In this document: piece by piece, positions 47,374 to 56,879 of the stretch
How positions within the stretch are numbered: position 1 is the first letter of the stretch
Layout of the letters: every line of letters starts with the position of its first letter
Assembly: GCA_030066685.1 (NCBI GenBank)
Contig: JASJBF010000002.1
Span: forward strand, 225,847 to 289,846
DNA length: 64,000 nucleotides
Reading direction: 5' to 3'
Source: Kiloniellales bacterium
GTDB lineage: Bacteria; Pseudomonadota; Alphaproteobacteria; Kiloniellales; JAKSBE01
Made by a program: the position numbers and the translations under genes
The notes under the pieces: model-generated
What the model saw: only the letters and a program-made list of their open reading frames with translations
Database searches by the model: none
Told to the model about the DNA's origin: nothing

Positions 47374-48162
47374 ATGGAGCTCGACGTCGACGGCCAGAGC
47401 GTCTTCGCGGCCACGGGCGGGCGGCCCTTCGACCCTAGCCTGCCGGCCATCATCTTCATTCACGGCGCCGGCCTGGACCACACCGTTTGGGCCCTGCAGA
47501 CCCGCTACTTCGCCCACCATGGCCACGCGGTCCTTGCGGTCGACCTGCCCGGGCACGGCCGCTCGGAGGGTGCGCCGCTCGAGACCATCCCGGCCCTGGC
47601 GGACTGGATCGGGCGCTTGATCGAGGCCGCCGGCCTCTCCGAAGCGGCCCTGGTCGGGCATTCCATGGGCGCGCTGGTCGCGCTGGACTGCGCCGCCCGC
47701 CACGGCGAGGCAGTGGCGGCGATCGCCCTGCTCGGCGCCGCGCCCGCCATGCCGGTCCATCCCGATCTGCTCAGCGCGGCCGAGGCAAACAGCCACCTGG
47801 CCTTCGACCTGGTAACCTCCTGGGGCCACGGGCCGGCGGGCCACCTGGGCGGCAACCTGGCCCCAGGCCTCTGGCTAATGGCCGGCGGCGAGCGCCTGCT
47901 GGAGACGGCCAAGCCGGGGGTGCTGTTCACCGACCTGCGGGCCTGCGCCGACTACGACGACGGGATGGCCTCTGCGGCTGCAGTCGCCTGCCCGGCGCTG
48001 CTGGTGCTGGGCGCCGAGGACCGCATGACCCCGGCCCGGGCCGGCCGCAAGTTGGCCGAAGCGATCTCCGGCGCCCGGGTCGAGGTCATCCCTGGCTGCG
48101 GCCACATGATGATGGCGGAGAAGCCGGACCAGACCCTGGATGCCCTCAAGACCCTTCTGTGA
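47374..48162 (+). CDS. alpha/beta hydrolase
   Basis: IFIHGAG..nucleophile elbow GHSMGA..C-terminal GCGHMMM. The gene is 12 nt downstream of metY. Confidence 0.8.
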   Translation: MELDVDGQSVFAATGGRPFDPSLPAIIFIHGAGLDHTVWALQTRYFAHHGHAVLAVDLPGHGRSEGAPLETIPALADWIGRLIEAAGLSEAALVGHSMGALVALDCAARHGEAVAAIALLGAAPAMPVHPDLLSAAEANSHLAFDLVTSWGHGPAGHLGGNLAPGLWLMAGGERLLETAKPGVLFTDLRACADYDDGMASAAAVACPALLVLGAEDRMTPARAGRKLAEAISGARVEVIPGCGHMMMAEKPDQTLDALKTLL

Positions 48163-48169
48163 GCCCTGA

Positions 48170-48607
48170 ATGATCGACAGCTCCGCCGAAGCCCGCGCCG
48201 GCTATCCCCACTTCCTGACCATCCCGACCCGCTGGATGGACAACGACATCTACGGCCACGTCAACAACGTGGTCTACTATTCCTACTTCGACACGGTCAT
48301 CAACGAGTACCTGATCCGCGAGGGCGGGCTCGACATCCACGACGCGGCGGTGATCGGGGTCTGCGCCGAGTCCGCCTGCCGCTTCCGGGATTCCTTCGTC
48401 TTCCCCGAACCGGTCGAGGCCGGGCTGCGGGTCGGCGAGCTGCGCAACCGGGCGGTGCGCTACGAGATCGGCCTGTTCAAGGCGGGGGCCGACACGGCAG
48501 CCGCGAGCGGGCACTTCGTCCACGTCTTCGTCGAGCGGGCCGGGATGCGCCCGACCGAGATCCCGGAACCGATCCGCGCAGCCCTGGCACGGCTGGTCGC
48601 CGGATAG
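48170..48607 (+). CDS. hotdog-fold acyl-CoA thioesterase (YbgC/4HBT-like)
   Basis: ..DNDIYGHVNNVVYYSYFD.. is the typical 4HBT catalytic region. Confidence 0.8.
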   Translation: MIDSSAEARAGYPHFLTIPTRWMDNDIYGHVNNVVYYSYFDTVINEYLIREGGLDIHDAAVIGVCAESACRFRDSFVFPEPVEAGLRVGELRNRAVRYEIGLFKAGADTAAASGHFVHVFVERAGMRPTEIPEPIRAALARLVAG

Positions 48608-48759
48608 CGATCTGCCGAGTTGGGCCCAAGGGCCCCGGTGGGCTCACCCTTCGACAAGGGGCGCCGCCCAGCGCTTCGCGCGGATGAAGGAGGCTGCCAG
48701 CTCGCTGTCCACCTTCACACCGAGCCTGTCGAAGTGGGAGGGTGGATTCCGAGTCGCCT

Positions 48760-49386
48760 CTACAGCTCGACCAGGTGGTTGGGCAGCTCGTCCGGATTGC
48801 GCGGCTCCGCCGGGAAGTGCTCGGCCAGCAGGGCGCCGCAGCGCTCGACGGCGTTCAGGAAGGCCTCGGCAGTCTGCTTGGCCCGGACCTTGGCCACGAA
48901 GTCGCGGACGATGCCGTCCCAGGATCCGGGCGGGACCCGGTCGTTAATCCCCTGGTCGGCCATAATCTCGACGTAACGCTCGGCCACCGACACGAAGATC
49001 ATGATGCCCGAGCGGCCCTCGGTGTGATGCAGGCCCTGCTCGACGAATTGCGCCCGCGCCAGGCGACCGGCCCGCTGCCGCTTCAAGGCCCGGGGGATCA
49101 GACGCATCTTGATCGGCTGCCAGCGGGTCAACAGGCCGAGGCCCAGGAAAACGACGATCTGGATCTCGTAGATCTGCAGAGCGGTGAGCGGCAGGTCCAG
49201 CAGCACCAGGGGCAGGGGGGTCAGAAGGGCGGTGCCGGCCGCCCAGAGCAGGGGCAGGAAGGGGTAGTCGTCCGCCTCCCGGGCGATGATGGTCACGATC
49301 TCCCCGGCCGTGCGGCTTTCCGCCTCCTGGATGGCCCGGGCGATCCGCGCTTTGTCTTCGTCCTTTATGAATTCCATGCTCACCAA
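48760..49386 (-). CDS. TPM-domain protein, cytoplasmic-facing membrane type
   Basis: ..EDKARIARAIQEAESRTAGEIVTIIAREADDY.. then two transmembrane helices. Part of the LemA-TPM-TPM triad. Confidence 0.7.
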   Translation of the reverse strand: MVSMEFIKDEDKARIARAIQEAESRTAGEIVTIIAREADDYPFLPLLWAAGTALLTPLPLVLLDLPLTALQIYEIQIVVFLGLGLLTRWQPIKMRLIPRALKRQRAGRLARAQFVEQGLHHTEGRSGIMIFVSVAERYVEIMADQGINDRVPPGSWDGIVRDFVAKVRAKQTAEAFLNAVERCGALLAEHFPAEPRNPDELPNHLVEL

Positions 49387-50192
49387 CTTCCCGATGACCC
49401 GCCGCCTCCGAAACTGCCGCCGCCGCCGCCGAAGCCGCCGCCGCCGCTAGAGCCCCCACTGCCGAAGCCCCGACCGCCCCAGCTACGGCTGCCCCGGCGA
49501 CGGTCGCCGTCATAGGTCCAGACTTGGCCGTCGTCATCGACGTGTCTCTTGCGGCGCCCTTGCCCTGCGGTGGCTCTATATTTGTAGTTCATGAAGAACA
49601 GAAGCAAAAACACAAAAAGAAAACCGCTGAGAGCCACAACTACAATAAAGCCGTCGGGATTGGCAGTTCTCGGAGCCTTGTGTGTCGGCGCCCTGTAGCT
49701 GCCCTGGATGGCCAGGAGCATGGCGTCAACCCCGGCCTCGATGCCGGCCTCGAAGTCGCCGCGCTTGAAGCGGGGCGTGATCTCGTACTCGATGATCGAA
49801 CGGGACAGGATGTCGGTCAGGTCGCCCTCCAGGCCGTAGCCGACCTCGATGCGGAGCTTGCGCTCCTTCGGGGCCACGATCAGCAGGGCGCCGTTGTCGC
49901 GCCCGGCCTGGCCGATCTGCCAGTGCCGGCCCAGCTCGACCCCGAAGCGCTCGATCGTATAGCCCTGGAGCGAGGGCAGGGTGACCACGACCACCTGGTT
50001 CGAGGTCTGCGTCTCGTGGGCTTCGAGTTGCTGCACCAGGCGCGCCTCGGCCGCGGCCGACAGGAGGTCGGCCCCGTCGACGACCCGTCCGGTTAGGGCC
50101 GGGAACTCGGGCGCTGCCGAGGCCGGCACAGCGGCCAGCAAGACAAGCGGCGGCAGCAGTCGGGAACCGGAGTAAATCACCTTGCCGATCAT
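49380..50192 (-). CDS. TPM-domain protein (YgcG-like) with a Gly-rich C-terminal tail
   Basis: Signal peptide, ..LTGRVVDGADLLS..QVVVVTLPSLQG..GALLIVAPKERKLRIEVGYGLEG.., a transmembrane segment, then GGRGFGSGGSSGGGGFGGGGGSFGGGG. Confidence 0.75.
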   Translation of the reverse strand: MIGKVIYSGSRLLPPLVLLAAVPASAAPEFPALTGRVVDGADLLSAAAEARLVQQLEAHETQTSNQVVVVTLPSLQGYTIERFGVELGRHWQIGQAGRDNGALLIVAPKERKLRIEVGYGLEGDLTDILSRSIIEYEITPRFKRGDFEAGIEAGVDAMLLAIQGSYRAPTHKAPRTANPDGFIVVVALSGFLFVFLLLFFMNYKYRATAGQGRRKRHVDDDGQVWTYDGDRRRGSRSWGGRGFGSGGSSGGGGFGGGGGSFGGGGSSGSW

Positions 50193-50785
50193 TGGAAGGA
50201 AACCTCGGGCGGCTCGCTGGAGCCCTCCGGGGCGCTGAAGGTCTCCTTCAGCTTGAGGTCGCTGTAGAGGATCGCCGCCCAGATCCGGCCTGGAAAGGTC
50301 CGCAGCTCGGTGTTGAAGGCCTGAACCGCCTGGATGTAGTCGCGGCGCGCGACGGCGATGCGGTTCTCGCTGCCTTCGAGGCTCGACTGCAGGGCCAGGA
50401 AGTTCTGGTTCGAGGTCAAGGTCGGATAGCGTTCGACCACGACCAGGAGCCGGGCCAGGGCCTGGCTCAGCGCGCCCTGGTTGGCCTCGAACTTCCGGAA
50501 GGCCTCCGGGTTCTCGATGATGTCCTTGGGAATGGTCATCTGCGCGACCTTGGCGCGCGCCTCGACCACGGCGGTCAGCACGTCGCGTTCCTGGCCGGCG
50601 AAGCCCTTGACGGTCTCGACGAGGTTGGGGATCAGGTCGGCACGGCGCTTGTACTGATTCTCGACCTCGGCCCAGGCCGCCTTGGCGGCTTCATCGCGTG
50701 TCGGGAGCTCGTTGACGCCGCAGGCGCTGAGCGAAAGCCCGAGCAAAAGGACCGCCAGGAGTCGGCTCGCGTGCCGCCATGCCAT
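50189..50785 (-). CDS. lemA: LemA-family protein
   Basis: Lipobox LSLSAC, then ..AWAEVENQYKRRADLIPNLVETVKGFAGQERDVL..VVVERYPTLTSNQNFLALQSSLEGSENRIAVARRDY, typical LemA. Confidence 0.85.
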   Translation of the reverse strand: MAWRHASRLLAVLLLGLSLSACGVNELPTRDEAAKAAWAEVENQYKRRADLIPNLVETVKGFAGQERDVLTAVVEARAKVAQMTIPKDIIENPEAFRKFEANQGALSQALARLLVVVERYPTLTSNQNFLALQSSLEGSENRIAVARRDYIQAVQAFNTELRTFPGRIWAAILYSDLKLKETFSAPEGSSEPPEVSFQ

Positions 50786-50964
50786 TCTTTGTCTCCCCCA
50801 GTTGCAAAAGCCTGCGCGCCGCGCGTGTCATAGCAGACGGTGCCGCGACCGTCGGCGCAACTTCTCCTCCTCCGGCCCGCCGCGACGGGGCCGTCACTCG
50901 GTTGTTGTCCGCTTGAAAAGGGCCCGGCCGGAGACCGGCCGGACCCCCGAAGATCTGGCCGCGG

Positions 50965-51432
50965 TCAGGCGGCCTTCTGCTCGATGGACTTGGTCTTGCC
51001 ACCGGCGGTCTTGATCGCGATCTGCCTGGGCTTCATGGCCTCGGGCACCTCGCGCACCAGGTCGATGTGCAGGAGACCGTTCTCGAGCCGCGCCCCGGTG
51101 ACCTGGATGTGGTCGGCAAGATCGAAGCGGCGCTCGAAGGCCCGGCGGGCGATCCCGCGGTGCAGGAACTTCTGCTCCGCGTCCCGCTTCTCGGCCTTGC
51201 CGGAGACGACCAGGATGCCGTCGCGGACCGTCACATCAAGAGCGTCCTCACCGAAGCCGGCAACCGCCATGGAGATGCGGTAATCATCCTCGCCCAGCTT
51301 CTCAATGTTGTAAGGCGGGTAGGAAACGGCTTGGTCGTCAACCCGGGTCGCGCTGTCGAGCAGCCTGGCCATGCGGTCGAAGCCGACGGTGGAACGGAAA
51401 AGGGGTGTCAGGTCAAAACTATGCATCGCCAC
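50965..51432 (-). CDS. small heat-shock protein (Hsp20/IbpA)
   Basis: MHSFDLTPLFRSTVGFDRM..YPPYNIEKLGEDDYRISMAVAGF..LHIDL is closely IbpA-like. Confidence 0.9.
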   Translation of the reverse strand: MAMHSFDLTPLFRSTVGFDRMARLLDSATRVDDQAVSYPPYNIEKLGEDDYRISMAVAGFGEDALDVTVRDGILVVSGKAEKRDAEQKFLHRGIARRAFERRFDLADHIQVTGARLENGLLHIDLVREVPEAMKPRQIAIKTAGGKTKSIEQKAA

Positions 51433-51693
51433 ATCCTCCTTGAGCGATATGGTTAAGGGTGGCCCGCCGTTTTCGGCCGGACCGATCCATGCTCATTCCG
51501 TCGGAGACCCTCCACGAGGCGTTCTCCAGGAACCTCTCTCAAGTGAGGAGGCGTTGCTTGTTTTTCAAGAGGTTCCGGGTCGATGGTCTAGATATCAAGA
51601 AAATGCTAATCAACCGGTCGCATATTTGTGGTATTTTTTATGAGACCCTAAGTATTAGATCTAAAATTCAGAGATTTTGATTGAGGTTTTGTT

Positions 51694-52098
51694 TTGCCCG
51701 ATCAGCAGACAGTGGTGGCGTTCTTCGACAGCACCTACGAGGAAGCCCTGGGCCTGGCCTGCGAGCTCCGGGATCGCATCGCGGCCAAGGGCGGCGAGGG
51801 CCGGCCCGAGCCCGAGGACTACCATGCCCGCCTCTACGGCAGCTGCGAATGCCTTCGCATGACCGCCCGCCTGACCCAGGTGATCGCTTGGTTCCTCGTT
51901 CAAAAGGCGGTTCACGCGGGCGAGCTGAGTCGGGAGGAGGCCAGGGCGAAGCACCGCCGGCTCGGCGGTCAGGCGGTCTGCAATCCGGATCGTGAGCTCA
52001 AGGATGCCGGCCTGCCGCCGGTGCTCGCCGATCTGCAGCGGCGCACGGGCGAACTCTACGCCCGCGTGGCGCGTCTGGATTCCATGATGAACGGGTGA
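51694..52098 (+). CDS. DUF1465-family protein
   Basis: TTG start. ..TYEEALGLACELRDRIA..SCECLRMTARLTQVIAWFLVQKAVHAGEL is recalled as the DUF1465 pattern. Confidence 0.6.
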   Translation: MPDQQTVVAFFDSTYEEALGLACELRDRIAAKGGEGRPEPEDYHARLYGSCECLRMTARLTQVIAWFLVQKAVHAGELSREEARAKHRRLGGQAVCNPDRELKDAGLPPVLADLQRRTGELYARVARLDSMMNG

Positions 52099-52121
52099 GG
52101 GCCGCGGAGCGGCGGCCCGGG

Positions 52122-52352
52122 CTACTTGTCGCCTTTGAGGCCCAGGCCCTGGAAGCGCTTGTTGAATTTGGCCAGCTGGCCGCCGGTGTCGACCAGGCGA
52201 TGGACGCCGGTCCAAGCCGGATGGGTCTTGGGGTCGATGTCCAGGCGCAGGCTGTCCCCGGCCTTTCCGTAGGTCGACCGGGTGGTGAAGGTGGAGCCAT
52301 CGGTCATGATGACCGTGATCTCGTGGTATTCGGGATGGATTCCGTCCTTCAT
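52122..52352 (-). CDS. rpmE: 50S ribosomal protein L31
   Basis: [33 protein letters not shown] is the L31 signature. Confidence 0.9.
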   Translation of the reverse strand: MKDGIHPEYHEITVIMTDGSTFTTRSTYGKAGDSLRLDIDPKTHPAWTGVHRLVDTGGQLAKFNKRFQGLGLKGDK

Positions 52353-52597
52353 CGTCCTGCTCCTTTCGCAGCGGCGGGTGTATACCTGAGCCGGCAGCGC
52401 TTGGCAAGGACTGCCGCGCGGCTTTCTGGGCGGCCCATGGCCTTGTGGTTTCGCGGAATCATCGGCGGTCTCGAGGTTGCCGGGTGGCGGGCCTTGGGCT
52501 AGGGATAGCTGCCGTTTTTCGAGCCCGGAAGGACCATGCAGGCAAAGACCGACCGACAGCGCTCCAAGACCGCCGGCCGACCGCTGGGCGCGGCCGG

Positions 52598-54430
52598 ATG
52601 AGGGGTGCCGCCAAGGCCGGCAAGACGGAGGAGCGGCCGCGGAGCCGGCGCCTGGCCGAGCTCGGCCATCTCTGGCGCTATGTCCGCCGCTATCCCTGGC
52701 AGCTCGCCGGCGCCTTCGTCGCCCTGGTGATCGCGGCCGGCACGGTCCTGGCCATGGGTGTCGGCCTGCGCCGCCTGGTCGACGACGGCTTCGCCAGCGG
52801 CAACGCGGCGCTGCTGGACCAGGCGGTCTTCGTGCTCTTCGGCGTCACCCTGGTGCTCGCCGCCTCCAGCTTCGCCCGCTTCTACCTGGTCTCCTGGATC
52901 GGCGAGCGGGTGGTCGCCGACATCCGCATGGAGGTCTTCGACCATGTCATCACCCTGCCGCCCTCCTACTTCGAGATGACGCGCACGGGCGAGGTGATCT
53001 CGCGCCTGACCACCGACACCACGGTCCTGCAGGTGGTCGTCGATTCCACGGTATCGATCGCGATCCGCAACGCCCTGCTGCTGGTCGGCGGCACGGTCCT
53101 GCTGATCGTGACCAGCCCCAAGCTGACCGGTCTGGTCTTCCTGGTGGTGCCGCTGATCCTGCTGCCGATCCTGATCTACGGCCGGAAGGTCCGCCGCCTC
53201 AGCCGGATCACCCAGGACCGGGTCGCCGACGTCGGCGTCTACATCAACGAGTCGATCGGCGAGATTCGCACCGTCCAGGCCTTCGGCCACGAGCCGGAGG
53301 ACCGCAGGAGCTTCGCCGGCCGGGTCGAGGAGACCTTCCGTGCGGCGATCGCGCGGATTCGGGCGCGAGCCCTGCTGACCGCCGCGGTGATCATCTTCGC
53401 CTTCGGAGCGATCAGCGTGATCCTCTGGATCGGCGGGCATGACGTCCTTTCCGGACGCATCTCCGGCGGCGAGCTCTCGGCCTTCGTCTTCTACGCCGTC
53501 GTGGTCGCCGGGTCGATCAGCGCCCTGAGCGAGGTCATCGGCGACCTCCAGCGGGCGGCCGGCGCCACCGAGCGCCTGCTGGAGCTGCTGTCGACCCGAC
53601 CGGAAATCGCGGCGCCGGAACGGCCGCTGCCGCTGCCGCATCCGGCGTGCGGCGCGGTCGCCTTCCGCAACGTGGAGTTCCGCTACCCGGCGCGGCCCGA
53701 ACAGGCGGCGCTGCACGGCTTCGACGCCGAGATCCAGCCGGGCGAGAAGGTCGCCCTGGTCGGGCCCTCCGGCGCCGGCAAGACGACCGTCTTCCAGCTG
53801 CTGCTGCGCTTCTACGATCCTCAGGAGGGGGCGGTCCTGCTCGACGGCGTCGACCTGCGCGAGGCCGAGCCCGCGGCGCTGCGCGCGCGCATCGGCCTGG
53901 TGCCCCAGGAGCCGGTGCTGTTCTCCGCCAGCGTCCTGGACAACATCCGCTACGGCCGGCCCGAGGCTTCCGAGGCCGAGGTCCGGGCGGCGGCCGAGGC
54001 GGCCAACGCCCTGAGCTTCATCGACGAGCTGGCCCAGGGCTTCGATACCGACCTGGGCGAACGGGGCGTGCGGCTGTCCGGCGGCCAGCGCCAGCGTATC
54101 GCCCTGGCCCGGGCCGTGCTCCGCGATCCGGCGGTGCTGCTGCTGGACGAGGCGACCAGCGCCCTGGACGCCGAGAGCGAGCGCAACGTGCAGCAGGCGC
54201 TGGACCAGCTGATGACGAACCGCACGACCCTGGTCATCGCCCATCGCCTGGCGACCGTGCTCAAGGCCGACCGGATTTTGGTCCTCGACCAGGGCCGGAT
54301 CGTCGAGAGCGGCCGCCACGCCGAACTGGTGCGCCGCGACGGCCTCTACGCCCGCCTCGCCGCCCTGCAGTTCGAAGACGCGGAACTGCTGCGCGGCGAC
54401 GGCGCCCGGAACGAGGCGGCGACGGGGTAG
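52598..54430 (+). CDS. ABC exporter, fused permease/ATPase (MsbA-like)
   Basis: Six transmembrane helices, then Walker [10 protein letters not shown], signature LSGGQRQR, and Walker [12 protein letters not shown]. Confidence 0.88.
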   Translation: MRGAAKAGKTEERPRSRRLAELGHLWRYVRRYPWQLAGAFVALVIAAGTVLAMGVGLRRLVDDGFASGNAALLDQAVFVLFGVTLVLAASSFARFYLVSWIGERVVADIRMEVFDHVITLPPSYFEMTRTGEVISRLTTDTTVLQVVVDSTVSIAIRNALLLVGGTVLLIVTSPKLTGLVFLVVPLILLPILIYGRKVRRLSRITQDRVADVGVYINESIGEIRTVQAFGHEPEDRRSFAGRVEETFRAAIARIRARALLTAAVIIFAFGAISVILWIGGHDVLSGRISGGELSAFVFYAVVVAGSISALSEVIGDLQRAAGATERLLELLSTRPEIAAPERPLPLPHPACGAVAFRNVEFRYPARPEQAALHGFDAEIQPGEKVALVGPSGAGKTTVFQLLLRFYDPQEGAVLLDGVDLREAEPAALRARIGLVPQEPVLFSASVLDNIRYGRPEASEAEVRAAAEAANALSFIDELAQGFDTDLGERGVRLSGGQRQRIALARAVLRDPAVLLLDEATSALDAESERNVQQALDQLMTNRTTLVIAHRLATVLKADRILVLDQGRIVESGRHAELVRRDGLYARLAALQFEDAELLRGDGARNEAATG

Positions 54431-54464
54431 TGGTCTCGGCGCTTCGCCATCTTCGGAGGCCGCC

Positions 54465-55472
54465 TCACGACAAGGCCTTGGCAAGGAACGGCAGGCTCGC
54501 GTCCATGCGGTAGTCGACCGACGAGTGGTTGTCGTCGAACTCCTCGTAGACGTGATCGACGCCGGCCGCGACGAGCTTTCGGTGCAGTCGGCGGGCACCG
54601 TAGACGAGATTGTATTGGTCGACCCTGCCGCAGTCGATCCAGAGCGCCTTCAGCGCCTTAAGGTCCTCGGCGTGGCGTTCCGCCAGGACGACGGGGTCCC
54701 AGCGCCGCCACGCGGCCCAGCGCTCCTCGATGATCTCGCAAGTCTCGGGATCGACCGGCAGGCGAATCCCGCAGAAGGCCTCCGGGTCCGGGTCGTAGGT
54801 CGCCGCCATCGCGAGGGTCATGAGGTTGTGGATGTCCTTGCCGTTCCACTTCGGCCCGGCCTCGAAGTCGGTGACGAACTTCTCGATCGACCCGTCCTTC
54901 TTGGCGAGCGCCCGCAAAAGGGTCGGCATCTCCGGCAGGTAACAGAGCTCGAAGGCCATGTCTCCGGAATGGCAGGCCGCGGCGGCCCAGCAGTCGGCAT
55001 GGCGCATGGCGTGTACGATGGCCCCATAGCCGCCGGAGGATTTGCCGAAGACGCCGCGCCGGCCGGTTCCGCCGCAGCCGAAGCGCCCCTCGATGGCCGG
55101 CAGCATCTCCTCGATCAGGAAGGTCTCCCAGTGCCCCATGGCCTCGGAGTCGATGTACTGGTTGCCGCCGAGGCGGGTGAAGCAGTCGGGAAAGGCGACG
55201 GCGACCGGGGGCATCTCGCCTTCGGCGATCAGGCGATCCAGACGCTCCGGCAGGTTCTCCCCGAAGTTCCTCCAGTTGACGTGCGACGGCCCGCTTGCGG
55301 TGAAGCCGACCAGATCGACCAGAAGCGGCAGGTCCCGGCCGTCGTGTCCATTGGGGAGGTAGACCACGACATCGCGCCTACTGGGATCGCCGAGCAGGTT
55401 CGACTTCAGGACCGAAGACTCGAGGCTCAGGCGATCAAGGCTGCCAGCCGGTGTCGTGTGGCTTCTGCGCAT
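54465..55472 (-). CDS. esterase (putative esterase / esterase D-like alpha/beta hydrolase)
   Basis: ..GKSSGGYGA (GxSxG) with an esterase-like context. Confidence 0.75.
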   Translation of the reverse strand: MRRSHTTPAGSLDRLSLESSVLKSNLLGDPSRRDVVVYLPNGHDGRDLPLLVDLVGFTASGPSHVNWRNFGENLPERLDRLIAEGEMPPVAVAFPDCFTRLGGNQYIDSEAMGHWETFLIEEMLPAIEGRFGCGGTGRRGVFGKSSGGYGAIVHAMRHADCWAAAACHSGDMAFELCYLPEMPTLLRALAKKDGSIEKFVTDFEAGPKWNGKDIHNLMTLAMAATYDPDPEAFCGIRLPVDPETCEIIEERWAAWRRWDPVVLAERHAEDLKALKALWIDCGRVDQYNLVYGARRLHRKLVAAGVDHVYEEFDDNHSSVDYRMDASLPFLAKALS

Positions 55473-55616
55473 CTAAGGAGTTCCCGTGTCTGGCGAGGTC
55501 CGGTCCACGACGAAGGCTGACCGTAGACCGGCCGCCCAGGGGGTAGGGGAGCCTAACCCGACAGGAGCGAAGGAGTCTCGCAAGAGCAGCCTGCGATCGC
55601 TGGAACGGAGCCTTCG

Positions 55617-56876
55617 CTAACGCTGGGTGAACTTCAGCTCGATGCGGCGGTTGCGGCGGAAGGCGACTTCGTCGCTGCCGCTGTCGATCGGCTGGAACTC
55701 GCCGAAGCCGGTGGCGGCCAGGCGCCGTGCCGGCACGCCCTCGCCGATGAGGAAGCGCACGACGGAGATCGCACGGGCGGTCGACAGCTCCCAGTTCGAG
55801 GGGAACTCCGCGGTCGATATCGGGCGCCGGTCGGTGTGGCCGTCGACCCGCAGCACCCAATCGATCTCGTCCGGGATCTCGCGGGCGATCTCGTTAAGGG
55901 TGTTGGCCAGGCGCGCCATCTGGACCCTGCCGCCCGAGCCGAGCGCGGCCGAGCCCGACCCGAAAAGAATCTCCGACTGGAAGACGAATCGGTCGCCGAC
56001 CACCTGGATATCCGGCCGCTCCCCCAGGACCTGGCGCAGCCGGCCGAAGAACTCCGAGCGGTAGCGCGCAAGCTCCTGGACCTTGGTCGCCAGGGCGACG
56101 TTGAGCCGGCGGCCGAGATCGGCGATCTGCACCTCCTGCTCCTTGTTCTTGGCTTCGCTCAGATCCAGCGCCTCGCTGAGCTGGGACAGCTGCTGGCGTA
56201 GTGCCAGGATCTGCCGGTTGAGCAGCTCGGCCGCCACCTGGGCCTCCTCGGTCAGGCTCTCCTGCTCGGACAGGCGGCCGGCCAGCCTCTCCTTCTCTTC
56301 CGCGGCCGAATCCAGCTCGCCCTGGGACGCCGCCAGCTGCGCGCGCAGGTCGTCCCTCAGGCTCTTAAGGATCGCCAGCTCGGCAAGCTGCGCCTCGATC
56401 TTCTCCTTGTCGGCCTCGATGGTCTTGTAGGCGTCTTCCAGCTGCCCGCTGACCTGGGAGCTCGAGGAGACCGCCTCGTCGAGCCGGGCCGAGAGGTCGT
56501 CGCGCTCCCGGGTCAGGAGCGAGAGCTGGTCTTTCAGCCGGTCGCGCTCCTCGGTCAGACCGGAGAGCTGGCTGCTGAGGCTCTCGCGCGCGGTCAGAGA
56601 GGTGTTCAGCTCCTCGGAGACCTCGTTGAAGTCGCTCTGCAGCCGGAAGCTCTCGGCCCGTTCCAGGGCCAGCAGCTCGCCCAGCTCGGCGACCTGGCGT
56701 TGCAGCCGCTCCAGGGCGGCGTCGCGGCCCGAGAGGGCGGTCGACAGGAAGTACTGTGCGATCATGAAGACCATGAGGACGAAGATCACCACCAGAAGCA
56801 GGGTGGAGAGCGCGTCGACAAAGCCGGGCCAGATGTTGACCGACCGCTGGCGGCCCCGGCGTTCCAGCGCGAACAT
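55617..56876 (-). CDS. MotB-like protein: transmembrane helix, roughly 230 aa coiled coil, and C-terminal OmpA/MotB peptidoglycan-binding domain
   Basis: N-terminus WPGFVDALSTLLLVVIFVLMV (MotB plug/TM type). C-terminus ..RVDGHTDRRPIS..SNWELSTARAISVVRFLI..NRRIELKF (OmpA-like). The start overlaps the upstream gene's stop. Confidence 0.8.
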   Translation of the reverse strand: MFALERRGRQRSVNIWPGFVDALSTLLLVVIFVLMVFMIAQYFLSTALSGRDAALERLQRQVAELGELLALERAESFRLQSDFNEVSEELNTSLTARESLSSQLSGLTEERDRLKDQLSLLTRERDDLSARLDEAVSSSSQVSGQLEDAYKTIEADKEKIEAQLAELAILKSLRDDLRAQLAASQGELDSAAEEKERLAGRLSEQESLTEEAQVAAELLNRQILALRQQLSQLSEALDLSEAKNKEQEVQIADLGRRLNVALATKVQELARYRSEFFGRLRQVLGERPDIQVVGDRFVFQSEILFGSGSAALGSGGRVQMARLANTLNEIAREIPDEIDWVLRVDGHTDRRPISTAEFPSNWELSTARAISVVRFLIGEGVPARRLAATGFGEFQPIDSGSDEVAFRRNRRIELKFTQR

Positions 56877-56879
56877 CGC

